From the NCBI GenBank assembly GCA_964234715.1, contig OZ174285.1: 64,000 nucleotides of DNA, one strand, 5' to 3'. The position numbers and the translations under genes are program-made. The stretch is from Podarcis melisellensis (Eukaryota). Below, piece after piece: positions 20,070 through 32,325 of the stretch. Position 1 is the stretch's first letter; each line of letters begins with the position of its first letter. Under the pieces are notes generated by a model. That model was not told the DNA's origin. It saw nothing but the letters and a program-made list of their open reading frames with translations, and did no database searches.

Positions 20070-22974
20070 GTAAGTCTCTCTCTCTCTTTTCTTTTTTTCC
20101 TCCTCTTCGCCTTTCCCTCGAAACGCGGGGAGGGTGGCGTCGCGCAAGGAAGGTTGGCTCTCTGCGCGCGCTCAGAGGCGCCCTCGCCCTTCTGCGGGGC
20201 TTGGAACAGAGCGCGCGAGAGGAATTGCGGAATTGCGCCCTGGTTCTATGTGTGTGAGCGAAGTTCTCTTCACAAACCACTTCCCAGGCATTGTTGAAAT
20301 GGCTTAGAGCGTTACCGTTACCGTCCTTTCCATCTCTCTCAGAGGTGGAATCACTGTGGGGAAGAGAGAGAGAAGCTTTCATCGTGAAGCTTTCTCTCTC
20401 TCTCTCCCCCTGCCTCTCTCAGCATCCCTTCAGGTCAGCGCTGTCTCTCCCTCGTCACTGGAATAACCAGCCGGCCCTTTGCTGCGCCTCAGCCGGGGCA
20501 GGAAAGTGTCAGGTCTTCGGGAAAGGCGGCAAGAGCCAGGAAAGTTCCGAGCACAACTTAGAAAGTGTCAAAAATGAATTAATAAAACCGGTGCGCGCTC
20601 GTGTGTCTGCTCACACTCAGACTCGGCAGATCAAAAGGCTCGGAAGGGGCTGGGGCGGAGGGAGCTCTGGCGGTATCCTGACACGAAGCAAATGCTCTCT
20701 TTTGACAGTGCTTTTTAAATTGAGGGGCGATCTCTTCAAAGGGAGGGGAGGGCAACTGGCAGATAAAACGAGCAAGATCTCTTTATATGGCCAGTGGGTG
20801 CTTGAGGGTTCCCCTTCACTTCTCAATTTCCCCCTAAATTTCATTAGCTGGAAAAGCTGGTACCCTATGGAGTTTATACCGTGACACTCATGGGTTTTGT
20901 GTGTGTTTTGTCTTGTCAAATTCTATGTGTGGCTTGGTGGCGTCCTGTCAGTCCTTTCTTTCTCCCCCTCGCCCTGCTTTAAACGGTCTCAAGTTGCATC
21001 CCTGAGAGAGCCTTGTAAACATCTGGGGCTGCATCAAGTCATCCAGACCTCACACACATCTCGCTGTCATTTTTTTTTCTTTTTAAAAAAGAAGTCATTC
21101 TCACATATATATCTCTTTCCAGACTGAAGTGGATATAAGTAGTTATTTTTTTAGTTGTTTCTCACAGCCTGTTTCAGGATAGTTTTAAACGACTCTGTCC
21201 TGGTGGGTAGATAAATAAATAACTGCAAAGACAAATGTCTCTAGATAAGCCGATTTTAAAAATAATAATTAAAAATTGCCTCTTGATATTGGTTGGGAAT
21301 CCAGCGAATTCATTTTATTCAATGTTTTGTTCACGCATGGCCCTTTCTCACTCACTCATCTCAGGTTTATCCTCACAACAACCTTGCAAAGTAGATTAGA
21401 CCTAATGATGACATGGTGAATGTGAGCAGGTTGATCCGGTTTGTTTCAGGGAGTGTGTGAAGGTGTGAATACTGATCTTTCCTGGCCAAATCAGTCTACC
21501 ACACTAGCCTCAGGAGACAGTCAAGGGAGAAACAGGTACACTTCTTTTCTTTTTAAGTACACTGCTCTACACACACCACACACACACACACACACACGAC
21601 CTATAAATAGTGTGTGATTAACTCTGTGCCTCACAGCTATAGCTGGACAGAGCAGTGCCAATTTAATCCAAACAAGTAGCATAGCTAATGGGGGACTTAT
21701 TTAAACAGAAGGCAATGTGCAGTTTTGAGAAGTGTGGACAATGTTGCATCTTGCAGAAGATAACTACCGTATAACTCTCACCAACCCATTTATTTGTGCT
21801 TAGTTGGTTAAAGCAGCTGTGCTTTTAACAACTCATGCATTCCTCTGCTGTGGCCCCTGCTGGCTGGCTACACTTGACTTTCTGTCTGCTTTCACAGGCT
21901 TGTGTTATTTATTATCACATGCGTCAATGTGTGCAGCGGGAATGCTTGCTCCGTTGAAGAACCACTGTATATGCCAGAGACATTGTTTAGTTCAGGTTTT
22001 GTGAAACGGTAATGCCAGAAAGCAATCATATGACACAGAGTATTCTGGGATGTCTGAGGACTGCTTCATGAGTTCCAGGAGAAGCAGGTACATATTAAAT
22101 ATTGTACAGTGTAGCATATTGTATTGGTGCGGTGAAAAACTGGGAGTTCAGACAATGGAGACCTGGGTCCAAATGACTAGAGCAGTCATCTTCGCTCTGC
22201 TTCACCTACTTTGCAGAGCTGTTGTGACACAGAAATTGGACAACCGCCATGAGATCCATGGAAATGATATTATTAATATTTTTTGTTTTCTGACCAGAGC
22301 TGTCCAGACAACAAACCCGTTTTCATGTGTTCAGTGAATGTGCAAATGTTAGTATGGGATTGGCCAGGGTTCCTGCTCAGAGCCTTGCATTCACAGTCAT
22401 GCCAAACAAACATGGACTGTCAGTAGCTGGTGGCATGAACCCCTTTCACAGATCTGTATGAACAGCCAGCCAAACCTTCTTGAGAGCTTTGTGCACAGTG
22501 AGAATGCAGTATGGTTGAGGCCATGAGCCTCTATTCTCTAAAGACAACCTTAGCTCTGCATATTCGTCCTGCTGTGTTCGTGAAAGCACATTGCAGGGCA
22601 CCAGAGTTGCTCCCCAGGTGTGGGCTGAGTCTGCCATTTGAGGAACTGAGCACATACAGTTGCCCCTGTTTTATGTGGTGGTAGTATTAAATTCTGCATG
22701 CTAAATATTTACTGTGTACTTGTGTCAAGCCGGCGTTGACATATGAAGCAGACCTTTGTTTTCAACTGGCTGTTATCTTTATTCATGTAGGCATCTCCTC
22801 TTACAGAGCTGGCTCATTGTGTTTACGGAAAGTGCAGTTCTTAGGGCTTGTGCTTTTCTTTTTTCTTTTTTCGCCTTTGCAGGATTTTCTCTGGGGTATA
22901 TTAGTTTTATCCTAGAGATGTTGCCATCTGTCGTCACCTTATGTTAGAAGTAGGCTGCATGTATTCTGATCAGA

Positions 22975-23330
22975 AGTTCCCCTCTGCTCCTTCTCTGTCT
23001 CACAACCCTAGAATTAAGATTTACCAAATGAAGCTGACAGGGCAGCCCTTTTCAAGGCAGGCTTCTTTGCGTAACTTGCAGAATTCAACCACTGCAAGAT
23101 ATAGTGATGGCTGACGGCTTAAACTGCTTTGAAAAGGATTATTAGACTCGTGGAGGTCTGTCAACAGCTATTAGCCATGATAGCTTAATGGAACCTCCAC
23201 AAGCAAGTAGAGTATACCCCTTAGTACCAGGTGCTGGACAAACAGAGAAGGCTATTGGTTTCATGCCCTGCCTGTTAGCTTCCCATAGCCATCTGGATAG
23301 TGTTTGGGTCAGATCCAACAGGGCAATTCT
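22975..23330 (+). mobile_element. Old CR1 3' fragment
   Basis: CTCACAAC.CTAGAATT..CCAAATGAAGCTGA..GGATTATTAGAC..TGGGTCAGATCCAACAGGGC; resembles 62175-62625. Confidence 0.6.
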
Positions 23331-23558
23331 CATTCTTTCCCATTCTGAATTTGCTGCCCTCTCAGTCACAGTGCATTCTGTCTTCCTATGCATTTTGCTT
23401 TTGGAAATAGAATTTTGTTTGGTCATAATTCTGACCTTGGAAAATAACATGGTGATATGGTTGCCACCTGGCTCTCTGCCTCTCTGCCTCTGCAGCTTTT
23501 TAACATGATCCACAACTTGACACAGAGGTGTGTAGGGTGGTAGTACTGCCATTGCAAC

Positions 23559-23719
23559 CAGTGGCGTAGCGTGGGGGGTGCAGGGGGGCCGGCCGCACCG
23601 GGCGCAACTTCTGGGGGTTAGGGGCGCAAATCCACGGGTTAGGGGGCGCAAATTCACGGGTTAGGGGGCACAAATTACTTGCCTTGCCCCGGGTGCTGAC
23701 AATCCACGCTACGCCACTG
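23559..23719. mobile_element. hAT (Tip100-like) MITE with internal 3x ~22-bp repeat
   Basis: Perfect 16-bp TIR CAGTGGCGTAGCGTGG / CCACGCTACGCCACTG; TSD-like ATTGCAAC / GTTGCAAG. Confidence 0.85.
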
Positions 23720-25982
23720 GTTGCAAGTCACCTTAGATCTGGCTGTGGTGAAGGAGTGGGTCCCGACTCATGAGTTGATGACCAATGTGGGTGCAAATGG
23801 TCTGAATGCACCATTAGTCTATGCTTCTCATAGGAAGATATCTGTTAGATACATCTCCCATTAAAATTAACTTGTGACTTTATGTTAACAGGAGATGTAT
23901 CTAACAGAGAACCCTGCAGGCTATTTCTCAGTGTGGCCACAGAAGAAGACCTCTGAACAGATATTCATAAAAATAAAACACACATTTTATTTTCAGCCCT
24001 CTGGGACACATTCTCTTTTGTTTTGGGATTCATTTTGGATGCTCTTCAGGTTTTTGAGTTTTTGCATTTCTTGCAAGTAGCATTCACGTGGAACGTTTGC
24101 CACATGGGTAAGCTGGGATGCAGAGGACTTCAGGCGACAGATAATGGCTGCACCTAATGGCAGCAAATTGCCAGTTGTCCATTTGTTTGCAATCTGAGCT
24201 TTCTACTGCAGGTGCCATTATCTTGGGCAGATGCTGGGGATGAACATAATGACAGCAGTTTAAAGATGGGTACTTGGGAGCAAAATTCAGAGTGATGTGG
24301 GTGAACAAGGAGGACATAACTTGGAGCCTTATTTAAACTGATTTTCCTTGTCTGTGTATGCAGCACTAGCACAGCAGAGTTCAGGGCAGGCTGCTATGTC
24401 ACTTGCTGCTTTTGCGCACATAGTGGCTAAGTATCTGTTTTGACAAGGCATGGGGCATATGCAATGCCACCTGGGCTAATTCTTCGTGCCAATTCTGGAG
24501 TCATGCATTTAAATGGGTCCTGACTTCACTGGGCCTGATTTCCTAGGTTATGCTTAGGGTTTCAGAGGGGGTGGGGTGGGGAGAATAAACAGAAAGTTGG
24601 GGAGAGTAACCAGCACCCGCTGATTAAAGTAGCTTCAACAAGATTCATTTCCATAGCAGGTTTGCTCTATAAATACTGTATATTAAGCACTAAATAAAGG
24701 TTTACTTTGGCAGATGTTTCCCAACTTGATTACACAGAGCTATTACCTCAGCCTTTTCTATACCTTTAGGATAATGGGAATTGGGGGTGAATTATGGTGG
24801 TTCTGTCAAAAGTCTGGGACAGCTTGCATAATTTAGCATTGCTGGAGTATATCTGTCACTAGATACGCGTAGGATGGCTTGGGTTTTGTTTTATTTTCTT
24901 TGCAGTTAGAGCTTTGCCCTGAAACTTGACCACTCAGCACTCCTTCTTACCTCAGTGTTGCAGCTGCAAAGGTCCCCCTGAAAAGCTTTCTCTTGAGAAG
25001 CTGATTTCCAGGAGTGAACAAAGCAGCTGTATGTCTCTCTCTGATGATGACGACTTATAACATGTGTGAAATAATAGTTAGGAGTAAGCACTCCAACTTC
25101 ACCCCAGAGACGGCCCATGAAACGTTTGAGGATTGGGTCTCTCTCATCTATAGTAGATTGCAAAATAGAGGACCAAATTTTGGGATGTTTGCAATTCTGT
25201 CCTAAACACGATTACTCAGAATTAAGCCCTAACGAGTTTAAGCTGCCTTACTTCCAATCTGGATAAGTTCGTATAGGATTGCAACCCCAGTATTGGTCTA
25301 AAGATGGCAAATGTAGACCCATGTGAATTTCACAGTGATAAGTTAATGATGCGGGGGGGGGAATAGGGGCTTGTTTTGCAGTTGCAATCTTGGGGTTGCA
25401 TTAGGAATATGTTCTGCTGATCTTTCAAGCAATAGTTTTGGGGGCTTCAGGGTCTGAATAATAAAAGTTGTCAAAAGCAAATTGAAACTGGGGAGCAAAG
25501 CGAGTCAATAGCCTAAGGATGCATTACATATAAACCTTGACAGCTGCTTTTTCCCAGGGAAAAGCCAATTTGGTAGGGGACAGTTTCGAGCAGAGAAGTG
25601 GAGAGGAGGGGTGCCTAAGCCATTCTCCTCCTGCCGCTCTTCTTCATTGATTTCTCCTCTTGCCACTTTTGTACTGCAGCTATCCCTCCCCAAGCTGATA
25701 CATGCACCCAGCCTTGTGAGTTCCAGTTAAATTGTAACCCCTAGGAAGAAAAGCATCAAGGGGAGAAGGAGCTGCAGTAGGAGAAATAACAGCCATCTAA
25801 AAGGTTAAGCACACACATACACACATTATGGATTCACCAGTGTTAACAAGGTTCTTTAAGACCAGGATCCAAATCCTCACTCAGCCATGCATCTCATGGT
25901 GAAATGTGGAACATAAACACAATATTAAATAATTTCACAAAAAGGAGGTTGCATATTCACAGGGGTATGGGCTATTGAACAG

Positions 25983-26072
25983 CATAGCTGTCAACCTTTC
26001 CCTTTTTTAAAGGGCGATTCCCTTATTCTGAATAGGATTCCGCGCAAGAAAAGGGAAAAGTTAACAGCTATG
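25983..26072. mobile_element. 90-bp hAT-type MITE
   Basis: TIR CATAGCTGTCAAC / GTTAACAGCTATG; perfect 8-bp TSD TTGAACAG (25975-25982, 26073-26080). Confidence 0.85.
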
Positions 26073-26203
26073 TTGAACAGCGGTTTCCAAACTTCTCCTT
26101 AAATAATCACTTTCAACTTCAGCTTGTTTACTGAAGAGATGCTTCCCGCCTGCTGTGGAAGCCCTCTGTTTACTTGCAGAGGATTCTGGGACATATTGTA
26201 GGC

Positions 26204-26343
26204 TAGGGCTAAGAAACCTGCGGCCCTCCAGGTGCTGCGGTACTGCACTTCCCATCATCCCTTAGCCATTGACCATGCTGGTTGGGACTGATGGGAATTG
26301 GAAGTCCCACCTCATCTGGAGAACCACCGGTTCCTCATCCCTG
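26204..26343. mobile_element. Palindromic hAT MITE (family of 15203 and 27370)
   Basis: GGCCCTCCAGGTG..TTCCCATCA..TGATGGGAA..CATCTGGAG..GGTTCCTCATCCCTG; TSD not recognisable. Confidence 0.65.
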
Positions 26344-27369
26344 TTCTTCTGCTTTGAACAAAGTTGGCTTCTGTTGCACCTACACCCTAGAACATACCCA
26401 TTGTTCTCCACATGGCTGCACAAACTGTCTTTCTCAGAAGTTTGTCTGCCATTGCTCTTGTCATTGACAAACTCTGATGGGTTCCTGAAGATCCCCAGTA
26501 TTTCGTTTGAAAGCTACTGCTATGCAGCATAGTTCATGTCACAGGGGGTTTCTTCCCAACATAGCCTGAGTCCAGCTCCTCAGTTTTAAAACCATCAAAC
26601 AATAGTATGGCCAGTTTGCACTTACTGAACAGGCTTTGCAGTGTCTGGTTACGTAAAAATGTTGGTTCCTCTTGAGTCTTTGCTGGCCATTATATTAACT
26701 TGAAGGACTGTTGGCAAGGTTAAATGGGAAATAAGAATGTGACGAACAACAGGTGACCATGAGAAGGAATGAATCTTTTGGATTAGGCAGAAGTTCTTAG
26801 ATGTTTTATGGGAGAAGGATAAGTGGACAGGTCAATCCACTTGCTGAAATACTGTTACGGTGCTTCCTACACCAGAGTAGCATTCTGTTCCTGGATTTGT
26901 TGTGAAGGTTATTACACACCACTGATGCAGGGATGCATCATTTAGGGTTGACCCAAGTTAACATTCTCTAAGCAATAAATGTTAAATGCAGCCTGAATGC
27001 AATAAATTAGGCATTTATTTGTTTTTTAATTGTACGTATGTCCAGTTCAATATCCTTCTGCCTTCCAATCCACTTTCCATTTGCGTTGCATCTTTAGATT
27101 GTAATCCTGAGGCCAGGGACCATCTTTTCCTTTATTGGTCTTCAAGCTGCTCTGGGAGCCTTCTTTGGATGAAGAGAGGGATAAAATTATTAAATAAATA
27201 ACTGTTACTCGAGTCTTCCTTCAAATTAGGACTCCTATATTATTTATAACTGGTGTTTGGATGTTCCCCTGACTACAGCATTATTAGTGATGCAGTTATA
27301 TATCTCATTCTAACCATGTCACTTAGAAATCACTGGTTGCTGCAGATCGTGACCCAGCTTGGGATAAGG

Positions 27370-27498
27370 CAGGCATAGGCAAACTTGGCCCTCCAGATGT
27401 TTTGGGACTACAACTCCCATCACCCCTAGCTAACAGGACCAGTGGTCAGGTCCACTGTAGTTCCAAAACATCTGGAGGGCTGAGTTTGTCTATGCCTG
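27370..27498. mobile_element. Palindromic hAT MITE
   Basis: TIR CAGGCATAGGCAAACT / AGTTTGTCTATGCCTG; perfect TSD GGATAAGG (27362-27369, 27499-27506). Confidence 0.9.
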
Positions 27499-27789
27499 GG
27501 ATAAGGCTTCGTTGTAGTAACATGAGACTTTGAATGGAAATGCAGCAATTGGTTTTCATTGTTCTAAAAGCGTTTCACAAATATGCTGCTCTCTTTTTTC
27601 AAATATGTCCTATAAAATACAAATGGGATCAATTTCTCTGCCATCAACACTGCTCGTCTTATTTTGAGATTGGATCTAATCTGTAAATTTGTCCATGTCG
27701 GCAACCTTGAGTATCAGTTTCTAGTCTTGCTCTGATTGTTTTGAAATTTAATGGGGAACTGCTTACTTTCTTTCATTTTGGGGGAGGAC

Positions 27790-27792
<3 letters not shown>

Positions 27793-27842
<50 letters not shown>
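27793..27842. repeat. (AT)25 microsatellite
   Basis: Direct reading. Confidence 0.95.
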
Positions 27843-27846
<4 letters not shown>

Positions 27847-28838
27847 TTTAGAAAAATGTATGTGGCAAAACTGCTATTTGGTTATTTTCTTTCAGTAGTT
27901 TCCACATTAAGAGACAGATCTTACTTGCTGTCAAGAGTAATTAAATCATTTCAACAATTTTATAAAATAAGTGAGATAACGGCACGTTAAATTCAGAGCT
28001 AAAACCTTAAATAGAATAAAAGCAGAATTAGCAATGTGTGCTGTTTTATACTGAATGAAAATGCTTCTGTAAAATCACATTTAATGTTCCTTCAAAGTCT
28101 TGTCTTGCATGTTAAACAAGTAAATTTGTTTTTCTTAGAAATAAGTCTTCACAATATTACTGTCTTATTCACTAATATTCACTTTCTAATAAAGGTTAGT
28201 TCATGTTGCTGATAGATAAAATAAACAAACAAACATGACATCCAGAAAATAGAAATTTATATACGGCCTTCTAATAGATACTGCTGTTTCCTGGGTAGGG
28301 AAGTTGTTGCTTTTTATTATACCAACTGCTTTCCCATTTAAGCCTGGACCCAGGTTACATAATTTATAACCAGTGACTTACAACTGTGGGCATTTAGGAT
28401 TTATGAATGCGGAAGGGATTGTATTCTTTAGTGTCTACATGACACTCTCCTGTTACCTTTACCACATTCCCATAGGGTAGACCCTCCACACACATCACCA
28501 AAGCTTTATCATAAATCTATTAAAAATATACAGTTGCAAGGAGCCTTTGTCTTCATAAATCTGATTTATAGCCACCTGCTAAAGATGACTATAAAAACAT
28601 TTGGTAGGAATCACCCTGACAACCTGAGAGGAGTACAACACAAAGGCCAAAGGAGCTTGAGTGTCCCACGCTATTTCAACGGGGCTAATCTTACGGCCTT
28701 ACATAAGCAAAAAACACATGCTCGGATTTTGCACAGGGAGATGGAGCATCACATAGGAACATAAAGTAGGGGAAATGGGTCATGGCCCCACCAACCTCAA
28801 TCTGTCCTCAGCCAGCACCAGTACCACCCCTTACCTGC

Positions 28839-29330
28839 TGTCAGAAACTGGATGGACGCAAAGGAATGCTGGAGGAACCAGCTGGGGAACCCGAAAGGGA
28901 AGCAGGCTCAGTGCCCAGGGAGAGGTGGTGGGATGATGATGAGTAGTCAGAGGGAGAAGACTGGGAGGAGGAGGAGGTATCAGAAGCTGAAGAGGTTACA
29001 GGGCTTAGTGAGAGGAGAAGGTAGTTTCATGCGGCCACAGTCTCAGATTGCTTTGGGAAAACCTTGGAGAGAGGGGGACTTAAACAGCTGTGGAGAGGCA
29101 GGGACCTTCAGTCTTAGCAACTGCTTCATAGGGGAAAGACTTACCAAAGATGAGTTGCTGTGCCCATTAAGCCTGACACTCCTGTGCAGATCCTGTTTTT
29201 GCTAACTCCACTTGCTTGGTGCAATTTACTGCAGGTTTGCTCCTGTCACCTGCCTTCATACTTACAACCAGCTTGGTGGATGACACTGCCTGTCAGCTTC
29301 CCCCTCCTTAATCTCATCGTCACCGTGTTG
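28839..29330 (+). mobile_element. Degenerate LTR-like element
   Basis: Begins TGTCAG, purine-rich first half, same architecture as 10864-11277; 3' boundary uncertain. Confidence 0.4.
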
Positions 29331-31984
29331 GAACAAGTTCTCAACCTCAAGAAAACTGATTATAAAAAGTGGAGAACTACAAACTGACAATTGCAGCATG
29401 TCTAAGAGCTCGGGCAAAGGTTTAAAAATGGTGCCACCTGCTCAGTGATAAAGGGCCTCTCCACAGGTGGTTTAGGTGGACCCTAGGTGATACTGTGATG
29501 ATCAGGGATGGTTAATACATCTTCAACATTTGGTGAAGATCTGCATATCTGAGTCATCAGATATTAAATTGCCATCAGGTAAAGCTTTCATATTCAGCCA
29601 CTGAACTTCAAGTCACCCATTCAGCCACTGAAGGGTTGAAAAGCCAAGTGTACACGTATCTCTCTCTTTGTGTGTATCGGTCTTACGTTGCACCTTTAGC
29701 TTAGAAATAAATATTTTTGTATGCAAAGCACTCACATCTAAAGTACTCCCACTAGAGACTTGTTTAAGCCTCTGGGAGTTAATACGTTAGGGAATTGCAT
29801 TTTTTAAACCTTTGAAACAACAAGTTTAACAAGCTCTACAAATACTGTGTAGTTTTCCATTGGCTTCAGTGAAAAGTTTGATGGGGACCATAGTCTATCT
29901 TCACACTTGTACTTAAGGCACAACAGTCAACAGTAGAGCTGGGTGATGAGAGCTTGTACACGAACCCCACTGTAATATGAATAACATAATTATTAACCCC
30001 CCAAAATGTGTGTGGATTCACACATGTACATGAACTGGACACCCACCCCTGCTTCTCAGTCTATGGTGAAATGGATAGAGCAGCTTTGGATTACTTCAGT
30101 TTTGGAATCTAATTTGTTTAGGGATAACTTTTACTACAAAATCTTAAAATCATAAACCTTTTTGCACTTACTCCCCCCCCCCTTTATTTTTTTACTTATC
30201 ATGCTCCAATCTTCTTTGGAATAAATCAGGATACATTCTAAAGCACACACAAAAAGAAAGTACAAACCATTTCTCAGAATTCTGTATTCTCCTTCTCCAG
30301 TGGATTGGTTATTAAAGCAAGGTTAATTATATTTGGTCCAGATTTTTATTTTTATTTTTACTCAAATGTGATCTAGGAGATATGAGGACCTTTAAAATGT
30401 GACTTGGGTCACACATTTAAATAACAGCTTTACAGGCATTCTTTGCTTTTAAATTAGGTCACTGGTGTTCTTTCTTTGAACACTCTGTTCTAATTGGAAC
30501 AATAAATCATTGACGATATGCAGAATAGATTCCCTTCTAAGGTGGACAACTGGACTGTGCCTTATTACTGCTCCTAACATGTGCAGTGCATTCTGTTATT
30601 GCCTGTTAAGAGACATGGTGTCAGTATGAAAGCATTGCCTTGTTTCATTGTTCAGCTAAAGCCAATCTCCTCCTGCATTTACTTGACGTTAATTAATGAA
30701 TTGAGGCATACTTTCTACATGCCTTTTGCTGGAAGAAGAGCTTAGGGTGCCCTAAGATATGTTAAATCAGGGTCATAGATGACATAAGAGATATAACACT
30801 TGCAGATAAGCATTTGTGTTCTCAAGCTTAGATATTTGTGAAAGCAAGAATAAAAAACAGTAGCAAATAGATTTTTCCCTTACCGCTTTGCATAGGTCAT
30901 GACTTACCCATCCCATACATACCTGCAAAGGATTCTCTTTATTCCACTTCCATTGATTGATCACTGTATCATTCTGGGTTTCTTGTTCAGAAAATGTATT
31001 TCCTTTTGGTATATCACAGTCCTATGCTTATTTACCTGGGAAGAATTCTCACTGAACTCAGTGGGGCTTATGACTGAATAGGACTAGACTGTTAAATGTA
31101 GTTTATTAATTCTATCTCAATTTTCTCCAGCTTTTCAGTTCTCCCAACCCAGCCAGGGGGGATTTTTTTTTTTCAGCTAAGCGAATTGCAAATTTGTAAT
31201 ACAGCCAAATTCTTCACATCCTTCTGGTTATTACTCTAATATACGAACATGACATATGCAAATGGTGCAGAAGCTATCTATATCTAACATGTCCATACCT
31301 CAGAGTTTTGCATTCAGGCCGAGGCAGAGTGCGTTCATCAACTGGGTTTGCTTTATAGGCAAATAACACTGGTGGAAAGTAATAGCCTTTGATTGTTCTT
31401 CTTCTAGCCATTTGAATCTATGACATTCAATTCCATTTATTTTCAGTTTGTAGTGTTGATTCCTACTCTTTTATTGCCTCAATCCATGAGATTATTCAAA
31501 TCCTCTTAATCTAGTGTACATCTATTTAGGAGTAGGTTACATCGAAGTTAACTTGCATTACTTCTGACTGAATTCTGCATTGGATTTGACTGTACACATC
31601 TGGACAGAGAAATGAGTGTTTCTTCTGTCCCCCACCCCAAGTGGAAACAGCTCCAGATTGCATCTGGAAAAGCTGTGTTTTCCATAATCAGAGTTGGAAG
31701 CTTGTTAAATATGGGCAATTCTTATTGGTAGCTGCACACCCTAGTTGGACTTGATGGTTCTTCTCCCTATGCAACTACTGGAGCTAGCGTACGTAGCTTG
31801 GTTAGAAAACTAGCTTTGATCAAGTAACACAACTGCAGGAGGGGAGGGGTAAATTTACTGACTCCTGTGTGCATACACGTTTAGATCAGGCTGCTCAAAT
31901 GGCTTCTGAAATGCGAGCAGATTTGTCCTCACATGTCAGATGTTGTGGTGGAAGACCCAGAGGTGGACTTAGCCTATAAAAGAA

Positions 31985-32325
31985 AACAGGCTTTTAGTGC
32001 TGGAGGTGCAGCTCCCTGGAATTATTTACCTGAAAAAATCAGGCAGGCATCTAGCATGTTGCTGTTTAGGCGCCTACTGGAAACATTTCTGCTTAGGAAG
32101 GCTTTAATGGAAGATATTAATGTCATTAATGGAAGATAAATTTTATAGCTAGTGAGATGGTGTTGTTGCTTTTAAAGGTTGTGTGGATGGGTTTATCCTT
32201 TTTAGTGTTGGATTGATATTATTGTTTTTAGGGCTTGTGTTTTTTATTTTCTATATTGTACACTGCCTTGATGTTTTTATGCTATGAAGCGGTTTATAAG
32301 TGTGTTTAATAGGTAATGAATAAAT
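31985..32325 (+). mobile_element. Old L2 3' fragment
   Basis: GGCTTTTAGTG..GCTCCCTGGAAT..TGTACACTGCCTTGA..AAGCGGTTTATAAG; translation AFSAGGAAPWNYLPEKIRQASSMLLFRRLLETFL matches the L2 C-terminal motif. Confidence 0.7.

Larger units (their letters stand above)
18930..20700. promoter_or_regulatory. CpG island over the FGF10 5' UTR, exon 1 and start of intron 1
   Basis: Sharp rise in GC and CpG density relative to the flanks; boundaries approximate. Confidence 0.85.

Noticed and set aside
19652-20257. 201-aa ORF as the complete protein
   Set aside because: FGF10 similarity ends exactly at the GTAAGT donor (20070); the remainder is intron read-through.
19677-20297. 206-aa poly-Pro ORF in the +1 frame (same frame as the overlapping uORF, after its TGA)
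   Set aside because: No ATG at its start, low complexity from the TCC repeats, and the preceding TGA-TAC is not a known read-through context; explained as a shadow of a GC-rich exon.
23615-23680. Short regularly spaced repeats resembling a CRISPR array or interstitial telomere
   Set aside because: Vertebrate DNA, no unique spacers, no tandem (TTAGGG)n; internal to a MITE.
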